This document shows, piece by piece, positions 22,706-36,312 of a stretch of DNA of 54,308 nt. The stretch is taken from the NCBI GenBank assembly GCA_002104905.1, contig MCFE01000602.1:1-54308 (forward strand), written 5' to 3'. The stretch's first letter is position 1, and every line of letters starts with the position of its first letter. Position numbers and translations under genes: made by a program. The stretch comes from Basidiobolus meristosporus CBS 931.73. Lineage: Eukaryota > Fungi > Basidiobolomycota. The notes below the pieces were generated by a model. That model made no database searches and was not told the DNA's origin. It worked only from the letters and a program-made list of their open reading frames with translations.

Positions 22706-25689
22706 TCAGGATGAGGATACCTCACCTGGGACCTTCGCTACAACGGGGTCATTCTGAAGCTTATAAAACAGCATGTAAGCTGAGGGATCTACCAGTGAGA
22801 TTGGATCGATTTTCCTGATGTGGGCGTCGTTAAACTCGAACCAGCACTTGGTGCTTTCGTTGGATGCAAATGCAGTATAATGCCCACTTTCCATGCAACC
22901 AAAATGATTGACTGTGGCATAAAGCGTGTATGTCATATTGCCAGAGCTTTTTGTGAGCCATGGATTCAAATCAACACCGTCCAAGGGGAAGTCTACCAAC
23001 ATATCTACCTTGGTCTGGCGCGAAGCTGCGTGACAAAATCTCTTCAAATGAATGATCAAAATCTCCGGCAACCTCCACAGCTCAATCCTTTTGGTGGCTT
23101 GTTGATATTCTTGGCAGTTTGCACAGAACCATCGATTGTCTTCTCCTAGTTGTTCTTCCTTAGTGAATTCCTTGAAGCATTGCTCTAATGTTATCGTCTC
23201 ATGGTCTTGACCCCCGCTGGCTTCGTGGATTATCGGTACCGCTGCGAGGACTTCTGCTCGCCTTTTGAAAACCCTCTTGCCAACACTCGCATCCCAGATA
23301 CAGACACACTCTAGAGTTTGGAGATCGCCGTAAGTTACTGGCTTCTCCTCGATGTGTATCCGAAAGACCTCCTCCTTTTGCAAATCAGAGCTATTGCGAG
23401 ATAAATGCGCGCCGGCATTCGAGCTTTCGTTCGTTTTCAAGTAACACTGGGGTTGAACGGGAGAGGTTGGAGAGTGATCGTCGAATTGCTCATGGATCGC
23501 TTGCCGAATCTGATCATCTTTTTGAGAGCAATTTCTCTGTACAGGTAGTAATTGTGGTATCGGTGAAACGCAACTGTTGTTGGAATCTACATGGTAAACT
23601 ATCAACAGCTCCAGGTGAGCTTGCAATGGAACTGGGAGGCAGTATGTGCACAAGACAACTCCATCACCAGGCTCGCCCAGGACATCGTTATCTTCAAAGA
23701 AGTTGGTGATTCGATGGTGCGTGCTGGAGCATATCAACAACTACAGGTTCAAGGCGTTTCAATTAAGACAGGTTCCTTGAGACGCTACGCAAAGCAATCC
23801 CTGTGACTTACGTTCTGAACGTCCACGCTGAAGTAGTTTCCTAGTAGTATTTTCAACTCGCCATAGGTACTAGTTGTTACTAGCTCCAGGGCACACTAGG
23901 TAAAACATATTAGCAATTAGCGAAAAATAGCGAAATCTGGTGGCAAGTGAATCCTACTATTTCTGGGTCTAGATCCGGGGGTACATATTTCACCTTGAGA
24001 AGCGTTCGGGACGGTGAAACTGGCAAGGTTAAATACATGAAGGGCTCATATGACACAGATAACTAATGGCAATATTCAGACTTCGCACTATGAGGTTATT
24101 TCTGGGTAGCAGAAATCTTCATTTACCTTATGACACCTCGTGCAAGTCACAGTGCTCCTATACTGCCCTTGGAATGTATCGACAATAAAGCTGTCGTTTT
24201 TACTTTTGTATCTCTCCCAAGAACCGAGTGCTGTGTCGGATTCGACTGGGTTATGATCTTGGTTGACATTCCCGGCCCTGTTCAAATCTTCATGTAGGGC
24301 ATCCAGCAGGTATACAAGAAACTCTTGGCAATCTTGTTGCTCATTTTCTGCATATGCTTGGCTGTTATAATATATTGCTGCCTGGAAAGAGATCCAGTCA
24401 GATTTGGTCACCATAAATCCAAAAAGCCTGTGAACCTTCAGTTTACACGGATCAATGCTTGGTTGCTGTGCTCCCCAAATTTCTCGAATTAATTCGGCAA
24501 AGAGCTCCGCAATTACCCCATCTGTTCCCAGGGGGTTGCCTCGGTTCAACTCGTGCCTGTACTTCCCTTCTAGACAGCATAGCATTCTCATTATTCTCAT
24601 ATATGAGGCGAGGTGGTCAATGAATGGTTTTACCGAGAAAATAGTTCCGCAGGTTCGTCGTATTGCTGAGACATTGCAACGCTGAATTCATGAAACAGGT
24701 ATTGCCGAGGTTGATGAGCGAGGTCAAACCTGGGATACACTCATCCATTGTGGCATCTGAATTCGCTGTGGAAACAGAGGGGCCAGTCTTCAGTACCTCG
24801 GTTGGCCAGGATCCATCACCATTTCTGACCTCAACCCCAAAGAAATATCCGAACTTTTCGCAGAAGGCCATTGCTGTGTAGTCGGCCACCACTGCAGAGC
24901 TGATCTCTTTTGCCTGATCCAACTCTGCAGGGTGTATTGGTATACTGAACGGTCTTTTGAATATCCAGAACCTGCTCTCTGCATGCGTGTGCGCATGCCA
25001 TTTGATTTCACCGAAGAACTCCGACATTGGCATGCCTTCACGAAACTTCAAGAGTGTGGTGGCAATGTCTGGGTGGATCAGGCGATGATAGACAATTTGA
25101 CTTATCTGTACCTCTTTGATATCCAAGATTGCTGCTGATATCTCTTGATCCACGTCTGGGCAGGGCCCTGAATTTGGGAGCCCAAATTTCGAACTGCTTG
25201 AAGCATCCAGTCATAAAACGTTAACATCCCGAGCAACAAATTTCCCAGTGGCTTGCTTACTTTGTGCTATTATTGCCATCGAAGTTTTCTGGGACCGTCT
25301 CGCCAACCCCCTGGCTCATACCAATAGTATGGCCATTCTCGGCCAATATCCTATCCAGAGCTGGATCGAGATAATCTTTAAACAATAGCTGGTTAGTCAG
25401 CCCGCTTTTGTGGGGATATTCATTCACCCTCTAGGATGGGACGTGAGGAACCACCTACTACTGGCTCACTATCAGGAGTCCTGGGGATCGCCTCATAATT
25501 CTCATCGCTATTGTGTGGCTCAGGCGACGTGTTTACTGGTGCTGAGTGTTCGAGGGTAACCCCTCCATCAGCCATGCCATAATATCTATAAAAGGATAAC
25601 TCATGTCTAGGCTCGCCAGGTGCATTCGCTGTTGCGTATGGTGCGTATCGATTTGCTCCTGGAGAAAAATTGGTGTTACTGGGTATCGA
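22706..25689 (-). CDS. Ubiquitin C-terminal hydrolase of the USP4/11/15 (Ubp12-like) group, multi-exon; 5' end uncertain (ATG at 25580 or further upstream exons)
   Basis: Cys box [37 protein letters not shown], zinc-ribbon CTRC and [17 protein letters not shown], His box [14 protein letters not shown] and WFEFND. Confidence 0.92.
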
Positions 25690-26860
25690 CTAGAGGGTTT
25701 CAATCAAAAACATATACCTATTCTAGTTTTGACCGGCTTAAGGAACAGCTTAGTATTTATCATTTTATCTGCCTACGAAAGAATGATCGTAAGAGGGATA
25801 CAAGGGCAGTTCTTGAGTATGTTCTTGGACCCTATGAAAGCTAGGAAGACCTCATTCCAAGTCAATTTAAATAACTCATCGCAATAGTGAGCCAGCAGTC
25901 TAATATCTATTACGTTTAGCGTTGTATCTCAAGTTTCAATGATTAATGGGTATAAACCAATGAGGGCCCCTTAGAGGAGAGCAGGCTTTTTCGTCTGGCT
26001 ACGCGGTTTGTAATACAGACTGTTGAATAGCCCTCAACAGAGCTCGCCACATCGCCCACATTTTGGCCATTCTCGTACTTGCCATCACGCAGCTCAGAGC
26101 GTAATCTCGGATCCGCCGATGCTACTGGCCATTGCAACAATAATCAATCATTGCTCCTTATTGCGAATGGTGCGAGTCAGTCCATCTTGAGAGAATCAAA
26201 GATATTTGTCCAAATGGAACGAAGGTTGGCAATGTTGATAGAAAACCACTCAACGCTGATAAATCTGATGCATGTGTGATGAAGACTAGAAGATCTACAA
26301 TGGTATTGGTCAGTACCAACTCCCACTAACCCACGTGGGTTGCTTGCTTAACCCGGGGTTTCCAACATTTTACGCCCACGTACAGCGGCAGCCGGACCTA
26401 ACAGACTTCAGGGGGCTCATCAATTGTTGTGTGGGCCTTCAACATGTCCACTTCTCCTAATGGACCACCCCATGGCTATCTTCAACCGTCACTGAACAAG
26501 CCGCCGTCTATATCGCATGCCCGTATACACGATACCCCTTACATTCCTAAGCCCTTGCATCTTGGTTTCTGGAAACTCGATGTCTACAGGAATTCCGAAA
26601 TGCAAGCGAATTAGTAGCCTATTGCCCAGGTCAATGGACGTCGCAATCCGGTGCATGGCACATATTACCGAGAGATCTAGACCATCTAGTGATCATTGAA
26701 TAGATTACACAGGGCATCGGTTTGTGACTTCATTGTGTCATACTTTATTACCACAGGTGGGGCATTCACAATGTTGCAAACAAACATGCCACAACTGTAT
26801 ACATATGGAATTGGATAAATTATGATAATACAAAAATCGTGCTCAGCCAGTAAAACTCCC

Positions 26861-27247
26861 TCAGATATGATTACTCCAAGAGACCAACTTTTCGCAGGGA
26901 AAATCGAAATCCCCTTGGCCATTCTTCCTTCCCTTTAGCACATCAACCACGAAATTCACCTTCAGCTCACCGTAATAGTGTGGAAAGAGGGTCTGGTCCT
27001 CTGTGTCGGATTTGGACTGTTCCCATTGTGTTCCGTTGACGATTTTTGAATAATCGATCTTCAGAATCCAAACCTCCCGGAAGAAACTGAATTTCCGCTG
27101 GATAATGTCAAGGACTTGCTCGGCCAATGCAAGATGTATGAACCCGGTATCTTCATCGATGGCGGATCTTTCAATGGCTTGGTTGGGATCTTCGTTCAAT
27201 GATATAACGTCAGGGAGAACTACTTTGTACACGTAATTGGGGTTCAT
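26861..27247 (-). CDS. DUF952 family protein
   Basis: YVYKV near the start, SAIDEDTGFIHLA, QV, ILKID, WE and LFPHYYGEL match the DUF952 motif order. Intronless, 128 aa. Confidence 0.85.
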   Translation of the reverse strand: MNPNYVYKVVLPDVISLNEDPNQAIERSAIDEDTGFIHLALAEQVLDIIQRKFSFFREVWILKIDYSKIVNGTQWEQSKSDTEDQTLFPHYYGELKVNFVVDVLKGRKNGQGDFDFPCEKLVSWSNHI

Positions 27248-28687
27248 AATTGCACCGGAGAAGCACTATGGCGTTGGTAGAAGTATTGGCTGATGCTGCT
27301 GGCTTGGTTGTCGAGGCGACTTGCATGGTCTTTATAGCTAGAGAGTCACTCATGCGCGGAACAGACTGGTCCACTCTAAATGTTGTGCGCCCGAAGGACG
27401 GTCCCAACTGGCTCATAACCTGCTTGGAAATCGAAATGTACCTTGAAACGACTAATTCGTCGTTTCTAGTGACATCGAGGATTAAGAGTCATGCAAAAGC
27501 CAAATGAATAAGAATCATTTGGTATTCGTGTGACGTGGGAGAACAGCATGTAAGGTGGATAAAAGGAATACGAGCTTGATTATACACGGTCTGACAAGCC
27601 CGATCTAAGCTCAGAATTGTAGCTTGGATTTACAGGCCAATCGACTTTCCCATCACACATATCAAGCTAACAATCTGTTGATGAGTCAAATAAATGTTGC
27701 TTGTTACACAAATAATCAAGTCCTAGTTAAGTTAGACAAGTGAGCTAACACGTCTCTCCAAAAGGAATCTGATGTGCAGAACAGATATTTCAGGCTTTCA
27801 TCCGTAGGCCCAGTCGACTCCCTCGAGGGAACGGTTGATATTGGCTTCATGAGCCTCAGCAGCAGATCAGATCTGCGAGATCAGGAGATGGGGTTGCAAC
27901 TATCCGTAAATACCCCGAATTCAACCTGGCACCCAACACTGGTACTCCTTCTCAGGCTGGGTGGTTACAACGGATTGTTTGACCATGGCCACCGTAGAAG
28001 CAGGAATGCTGTAAAAGCAAGCGCCTATGACCTCAACAGGCAACAGTTATTTGGGTAACGTGGGGTATGTCCATTACACTAACTACTCACCAGAAGGCAT
28101 CTGTACGTGCTGTGCATAGTGGATGTGCAGAACTTAATCTTCTATTCGAACTGCATGGTCATGGTTATAAAGGGGAAGGAGTGTGTCACGCAAGATTTGA
28201 TGGACCCAGTTAGAACTAGGTTAACGGCTATTGTTTGACATCAAGTACAATGAGCAGTATGAGCCTTTGAAGAGCATCCGAGGCCTTTACGGGGCATGTA
28301 CTGTGTCCTGACAGTAGACCCAAGCGCTATCTGGCTTGCGGCATGCATATATAGACAATGTTGATAAGTCTACATCATGTTAGAGACCCATCGTAGCATT
28401 AGCGATGTATTGAAATATCGTTTGTTTCAGGGGCTCCTGAAGAAAATTAATCAGCATCATTGAATTACACCCTTAATTTACAAGGTAGCAACGCATGTTT
28501 AAGGATTAATCAGTTCACACTAAACAGACCATCAAGAATAGCACACTTCGCAATGTGCAGTTCCATGCAACCATCAGGTTTGAGTAGCACTCCCAATCAT
28601 ACGTGGTTAAATTACAAAAGCACCCCCGCAATGCGTGGTCGCCAGTATAAGAGGGGATGCTAGAGACATGAAGCTTCGTTGTGGTAA

Positions 28688-31600
28688 ATGTCATCTACAG
28701 TCTCCCTAAGTTCTTCGCTCAATGTTCACCCTCAACCAACGGGTAATAACGGGCCCTGCATATAACTCGATCGTAATGGACTAAAGATTGCTCTGCTTTT
28801 AGGCACCTATAATACGGCCACTACGATAGACCTATTAGAGGCAATACGGATAGGTAGGATCCAGATCACTAGTACTCTGGAAGGAATGCTGATTGAATTT
28901 CGCCCATCAGGTAACTTGGAAGCTATCAGAACGATTGTAAGTTCGTGTGTTGCAACAAGCCCTAGCAACAACGTCTTTCCCTTACATATGGCTGCTGGTA
29001 GCGCAAACAAAGCCATTACAGAATTCATCCTTTCACTTACTGAAGTGGACGTGAATCAGCAGGACCATTCCGGAAACACTGCACTCCACATCAGTGCTTC
29101 TTTAGGAAGAGTGGAGATTGTCAAGCTTCTATTGAAGCATCATGACATTGATGATACCATAGTAAACCGTGATGGAAAGCAGCCCCATCATGTGGCTGTT
29201 TCTGGGGAGGTGCTTCGATTACTCGAACGTAAGAACATACATACATCTCGGTGGTTGGGCTTGCGTTAATAATTCATCCAGAGAGCCGACATGAGTTCAT
29301 GGAGAAAAGGAACTCGGATATTCTTCGTTTTCTTTCCAGCAGCAATATCAGATCGTTTATCCAAGTATTCCTCGACAACAGAGCAAGATCTCTTCTCGAT
29401 ATCAACCTAAGCGAGTCGGAAAACGGCTTCTCTGCGCTCCACATAGCAGCCATGTTAAACGATGCAGAGTCTGTGCAAGCCCTATTAAAGATGGGAGTTG
29501 ACGTATATATTCGAGACCACAAGGAACATCTTCCCATAGACCTGACCAAGTGCCCAAATATAAGAACCATTCTAAAGCAAGGTACTACACGACAATAACA
29601 GCCACTCCTGTCATATCTAACCACAATTGAAATCAGCTATGAATACCTCGCAAGTCATCATACATTCTCCGGGTAAAACACTCTCTGGATTCCTTCAAAA
29701 ATGGACAAATTACGCCGGTGGCTACAAGACAAGGTGGTTTGTTTTAGAAAATGGTATTGCGCTCTCACTACTGTTATCCACCATGAATTCTCGCATTCAC
29801 ACCATTGTCTAGGAGTGCTTTCATATTACATGAATCAAACCCAAGCAAAAGATGCCTGCCGAGGAGCTGTTAATGTCCGATCTGCCAGTATCACCATTCA
29901 CAAGCAAGATAATTCAAGATTCGATATCATCGGTCCTCAATCAACCAAGTATTATCTCCGAGCGAACCATCCTGTAGAAGCCAAACGATGGGTCTTGGCA
30001 CTTAACCAAGCTAAGAGCTCCCTTGAGCATGGCGAGAACATACCCGAAGGCTCGACTCTTTCAAGATCACCATACATCCTCCCCAACAGCCCCTGCTTCC
30101 CCTACACTCCGGACCAGTCTCCCACCAACTCTATTTTTGGCATTCCACCTGCTTCTCCTGCGTTGAAGTTAACTTTCGAAAGGAGACTGTCTTCCCTAGG
30201 AACACAGCAGGTGGATCTCGATAGCTCTGATGAGGATTCTGAAGATCCGGAGAAGTTGCCTAGTTGGAAGATCACCTCCGCCATAACAGAACTTATCTCT
30301 CAACAACTCCACATTGCACAAGCATTAGAGGAGCTTTCCACCGAATGCGACAAAAAGGATGCTATCCAGAAAGCATTACTATCAGCTAACCGACTGGCCG
30401 AGAGCGCCTCTAGATCTTTACGAGAGCAAGAAAGATATTGGAAAGGAAAATATCTACGCCAAAGTCAACAGTATGGACTCTGGGTAGAAAACTTCAAACA
30501 TCTAGCTTATGAGAATCACGCACTACAGCGAGATATTGAGCTAGGGAAAGCACGATTTCCAAGCATCGCTGAGATAAATGAGAAGGAACTTGAAGCAGAA
30601 GAGGAGCAGGATGATGAATTCTATGATGCAGTAGACTATGAAGTTCCTAGTGACAGCTTTGTTCCTACAGAGTTTTACTCCGAAAGGGAAAAACGCGCGA
30701 AAATCATCGCCACCTCCTACAAAGGATATCCGAAAGACCTTCGAACTCAACTACCAATTCAGTCGCTATCTGGTAAACCAGATCTATCGCTGTGGTCGGT
30801 TCTAGCAAACTCTATTGGAAAGGATCTCACCAGAATCGCCCTTCCGGTGTATTTCAATGAGCCAACGTCAATGCTTCAGCGTCTCTGTGAAGAGATGGAG
30901 TATAGCGAGCTAGCTGATATGGCTGCCCAACACTCCGATAGCCTACACCGCTTACTCTGGGTGGCTGCATTCGCTATGACCAACTACTCAGGTTCAGAAC
31001 ATAGAATAGCTAAGCCCTTCAACCCACTTTTGGTAAGTTTATCTGTTTATGGCAATGGAGTCCGAGTAGCTCGCTAACCTTCGAACATTATAGGGAGAAA
31101 CGTTCGAATACGTACGCCCGGACAAGGGGTATCGATACATATCCGAGCAAGTCAGCCACCATCCAGTAAGTAAGATGATATGCATATACTCAATGACATT
31201 TAAGAGTATGCCATGCTTATTCCATGTTCCTCAAAGCCCATCAGCGCCTGCTACTGCGAATCCCCCAACTTCGAATTTTATGCAGAAGTAGATTGCAAAA
31301 CCAAGTTCTACGGGAAATCATTTGAACTTTTCCCGGCCGGTCTGACCCATCTCCACCTCAAAATACCCCGAAAGTTCGTTGAAAAGGAGGAACAAACGGA
31401 CAGAGCGAACCCTCCCGACTCCCAGGCAGTGTTGGAGCATTTTTCGTGGAAAAAGGTGACCACGCGGGTCAATAACATTCTGATAGGGAAAATCTACCTG
31501 GAGAACTATGGAGATATGGAGATTATAAACCACCGTACTGGTGAGATGTGCATCCTTAGTTTTAAGGAACGAAGGTGGGGGAGCTCGGAGAAAAATCTCG

Positions 31601-32196
31601 TTGAAGGGGTAGTGAAGGATAAGCATGGCAAACCAATCTGGCGGCTTCATGGTAAATGGAGCGAATTTTTGGCTGCCAGAATGATAGACGGATCAACCGA
31701 GCCATTCCCAGGGGACAAACAAATCAAGTGCAAAGAGATTGTTCCCATCCCTATTGTATATAACAGATGCGTAGAAACCACGAATCCGGTGGTCCTATTG
31801 TGGAAGAAAAAGAAAGGCTTAACGGGTGAAATCCCGTTCAACTTAACTCCCTTCGCCATAACACTAAACGACTGTCCGGAAACATTGATTCACTATCTGG
31901 CACCCACCGACTCGAGACTAAGGCCCGATCAAAAAGCTTTGGAGAGAGGGGAATACGAAATCGCCCAGAAAGAGAAAATGCGACTTGAAGAAAAGCAACG
32001 TGTCAAACGAAAGGAGAACGAGCAGGATCCAAATTTCACCTGGTCCCCCAGATGGTTCGTAAGAGATTACGACCCTGACTCACAAAAGGGGTATTGGAGA
32101 TTCACACACCAATACTGGGAGGTGCGTGAGAAATCAGGTCAAACAGATCCATGTAAAGAGAGTACAGCATGGCGCAATACTCTGGATATTTTTTAG
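28688..32196 (+). CDS. OSH1: Long oxysterol-binding protein (ankyrin repeats + PH + FFAT + ORD), Osh1/Osh2-like, multi-exon
   Basis: Ankyrin repeats ([18 protein letters not shown]), PH domain ([21 protein letters not shown]), [36 protein letters not shown] and EQVSHHP. Confidence 0.93.
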
Positions 32197-32249
32197 TCTC
32201 TGTGGCTCCAGACACGATTGTACAGTTGCTTGTCAACATTAAATAATAA

Positions 32250-32888
32250 TCTAATCCACAATCATTGTAACAACCTGCAATCCCGAAAATGCCGCATGCC
32301 GAATACTTCCACCATAGCATCTTAGCAAGCCTCGCACCTCACCAACCATAGGGACTGCTCGTGAAATCTTGGGGAATCTTCCACTAGTCTGGTATATGTA
32401 AATGAAACCTGTTTTGGCAAATAGCACGAATTTTTGGCCCGTTTGGCAGCAAGCAAACCAAACCATTTCCATTGCACATCTATGCCAGGTCTCCGGTTGG
32501 AGAACTTTTGAAGCTATCCATTGGTCCCACGATTTTTGTACTTGACACATATTCAACGAAACCCCGACCACAATGTGCTGGTAGATTTATCAATTGTTAG
32601 GCAATCGCTTTTGCACCTGGTTACATCACACACCAAAGTACTGGAAGTCTACACATTCCCAGAGGGTTATTGATGTACATACTACCAAGTTGCGATATGG
32701 ATGTCACTCCGTCCAGAGCCATAATCCCATATAAGCCATATTCATCAGCCCTAATTCTCACACTGCTCAGGTGTCGCCATGTTCTAAACGAAACCTATTA
32801 GCTTAACACAGCGGCTCGTATTTCTGGACCACTACCTCGACAACGCCAATCGAGGATCGAATGTATCGGGGTCGTCCAGTGTATCCAT
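32250..32888 (-). CDS. Hypothetical spliced protein; 3' exon structure unresolved
   Basis: Exon 32888-32836, then a 52-nt intron (GTAGTG...GCTAAT...TTTAG), then exon 2 in frame gives MDTLDDPDTFDPRLALSRTWRHLSSVRIRADEYGLYGIMALDG. No family recognised. Confidence 0.35.
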
Positions 32889-33000
32889 CGCAAACTGCCA
32901 TGCATCAATCACAATTTCAATAAATGGTGGAATCGACTGGTCTTTATGTAAAATAGTAGCCGTACAATTCATATATGCTAGACAGGCTAATGAGCAGCAC

Positions 33001-33600
<600 letters not shown>

Positions 33601-33998
33601 TCATTTTTATTTCGCTCCTTGGGAGGAACCCTTTTTTTTTGGCAACCCCAGATTTCGTGACCCTGTCCCGACGCATCGGCCGTCCGAAAAATCAAGCCAA
33701 GCTGAGTACAACGCTGATTGGGCACAGGGGGCGGTTTCCATTGATCTAGGCATTGATTTTGCCAGTTTATTTATTGCTTTACCAACGAGGACAGGTGGAA
33801 GAGCATACCTTGAAAAAAATACATACGCCGTAGGGGCAAGGCTGCGTGGGAAGCACACAGGGAAATTTGAACAAACAAGAGGTGATAAATTTACGCGAGC
33901 CAGCCTTGACTTTTTAAGTAGTAACCGTTTCCACAAAATCGTGATTGTAACCGGTCGTGCTTTTCATATTCTTAAATATCCCGGGGATTTCTGTCAAC

Positions 33999-36312
33999 TT
34001 AGGATATCTCCTTCTCCGCCTCCACATTCTCGTCATAGTACTTGTCCATCAACAATCCTGCCTGGTGCTTCAGCTCAGGGTCTTCGATTAGCGAGACGGA
34101 TTCTAGGGCATCGATACAATTGACCTTTTCTAGGAGCGCCTTTGCATTGGGCACCTCCTTCAACACGAGATCCACATAATGCAACCCAAGGCGAATCGTT
34201 TCTGGGTCCTGTGTTCGTATGAAGTCCAAAAAGCCTAGATACAATCCAGTCAAGTGGTCAACGCCCGTCCATCAAGAAGGGTGATGAGGTAAATGCATTA
34301 CGTGGTAGGAGCTCTTCGTGGGGAAGCAGGCTCAGATACGTTTGTCCATGAGAAGCTATGTTTACGATGCTGTAAGCTGCCTAGATTGGAATTAGCATTG
34401 GTGTGGTGAGCCTGGATCGAACCGATGCAGCCCCATTACCTCCTTTCGAATATCAAAGTTGCTGTGGGTTGCAATTTCTAGCAAATGTTGAAGATAGCCA
34501 TTCTCCAGCACAGCATTCACGTGTTCGGGTGTTCTACAAGAAGGTGTCTTGTGAGAAGGGAATCCAAGGTCAAGTCATCTTACCAATTGTTCCTACCCTG
34601 CAGTTATATTCGACAGAACCCATAGGCTTTCTTTCTTGATAGCTCTGTGAGGTTGTGTGGGGTTATTACATGCAACTGTTTTGATGGAGGTTCGGCGTTG
34701 ATCAAACCTGAGCTCTGATTTGACGTAAGGGATCAGATTCTGAAGAAAGGCCGGTTGTTGCATCAAACTGTCTGCATGCCAATCAGAACAACTGGTAATG
34801 TTACCAACTGTCCGGATTAAAGGGATTGCCAATGAGCCCTTATCAGCCATAATGGGCATGTGCTTGACCTACAAAAAAGTGACTGGTCATTGTTCTATAT
34901 TCTTAGCGATCTACCGACGACCACTGATTACCAAGAGTGGAGACAACCCATCGTTGAGGAGTGTTGTGCTATAGTGCTCGTCCCCAGATGTCAAATAGGT
35001 TAAAACCCAAGTGATTTCAGATATTTCCTCGGGAACCTATTGGTACGGTCTCGAGCAATCAGTATGCAGAAAACCCTTGCTCCGATTTCAAAACTAGCAC
35101 GTACATTATCACGGTCAAGAAGCTGGATCAGAAGCTTTGATATTCCAGCCCCGAAAAATTCATCGAACCGAGTATGGTTGCGTGCTAAACTTGAGAGGGC
35201 GAAGCAGACCGTCTGCAACAAGCTTGGGTTCTACATTTTTGACGAGGGAATTCGTTTAGTTTTTGACCAAACTGTTATCAAAGCGACCATCCCATACATC
35301 TGATTTTAGCAACTTGACTAAAGGGGTTATGGCACCATTAGCTGTCAACCTCTCGCGGAATTCGGCCCCTTCCACTGCAATGTTACCGAGCGCCCAGGCG
35401 GCTTGCTCTTGAAGTTGCTGCAGGTATAGAGTGCGTAAGCGGGGATATTCGATACACAACTGATGGGCGGTGAGCATACCGAGTTGGGCTCTTCGAGAGA
35501 TGAAATCAGGTATGGGACTGTTGATAGAACCTTGGAGCAAAGTTCAGGGGTGCCAGCGGCGATGTCTGGGGTTTCGAGTGGTTAGACTCATGCTAGCTGC
35601 TCAACAGAGAGAAAACCGATCCGCAATTACTTGTGATGCACCAGGTGGCTTGGAATCTCTCGTCAAAGTCGGTGCTTGTTAAAAATTTCTAATGATACAT
35701 GCTATATTAGAAACATTTGTTGACATCCATGTTGCAGCGCGAAAAAACGCCAAATTTATGGAGAGATTTAACAACCGCTAGCAAGTCAACAGCACCGCCT
35801 TCTAAAACGAAATCATTCAAGGCCTCTGAAGGATCCACCAAGAAGTTGCTGAGCTCTTTCAATGCTTCAACACGAGTGACGCGAACAGAGCTCTGGAAAG
35901 TTGGTTAACCCTCTGCCAAACAAGAACAACAAGGATAAATGGTTTACATTCAACTGCTCGCGGAGTTTTTCCAGCTCCTTCGTAGTTAAGTCATATTCGG
36001 CTTCTATGATGCCCCAAAGTCAGTTGGCGAAAATTCAAGTATGTCAAGTAACTCACCACCACGATCGCTTAGGGGGGTGTCCTCTCGATGACGAAAACGT
36101 TTGCCCATGACTAATTGCTCTCGGCGTAACTTCCTTGACTGTGAATCCTGAGCTATTCTTTTGGCTTTGGCGGCAGCCGAGGAACGTGGGATCGTAGTAG
36201 CTTTGTAGTACTCTTTGTGTCGCGAAGGTGAGGTGCTTTTGCCATTGTCACAGCTTGTTCTTCTCTCGATGCTAGCTCGTCTATTCTGTAAGCTGTTTCT
36301 TCTATTTTCCAT
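33999..36312 (-). CDS. Atypical importin-alpha-like ARM-repeat protein (TMCO6-like), multi-exon
   Basis: IBB-like [15 protein letters not shown] and ARM segments [51 protein letters not shown], plus C-terminal [10 protein letters not shown]. Confidence 0.8.

Noticed and set aside
25723-25801. U12-type intron (GTATCCCT donor, TTCCTTAAG branch-like site) in the USP 5' region
   Set aside because: Both signals deviate from the U12 consensus, and using them needs a 5-nt exon followed by a 28-nt intron. A conventional GTAGGC donor also gives an open frame.
27500-28500. Minus-strand multi-exon gene between DUF952 and OSH1
   Set aside because: Splice-like signals are present, but no consistent frame or recognisable domain could be established.
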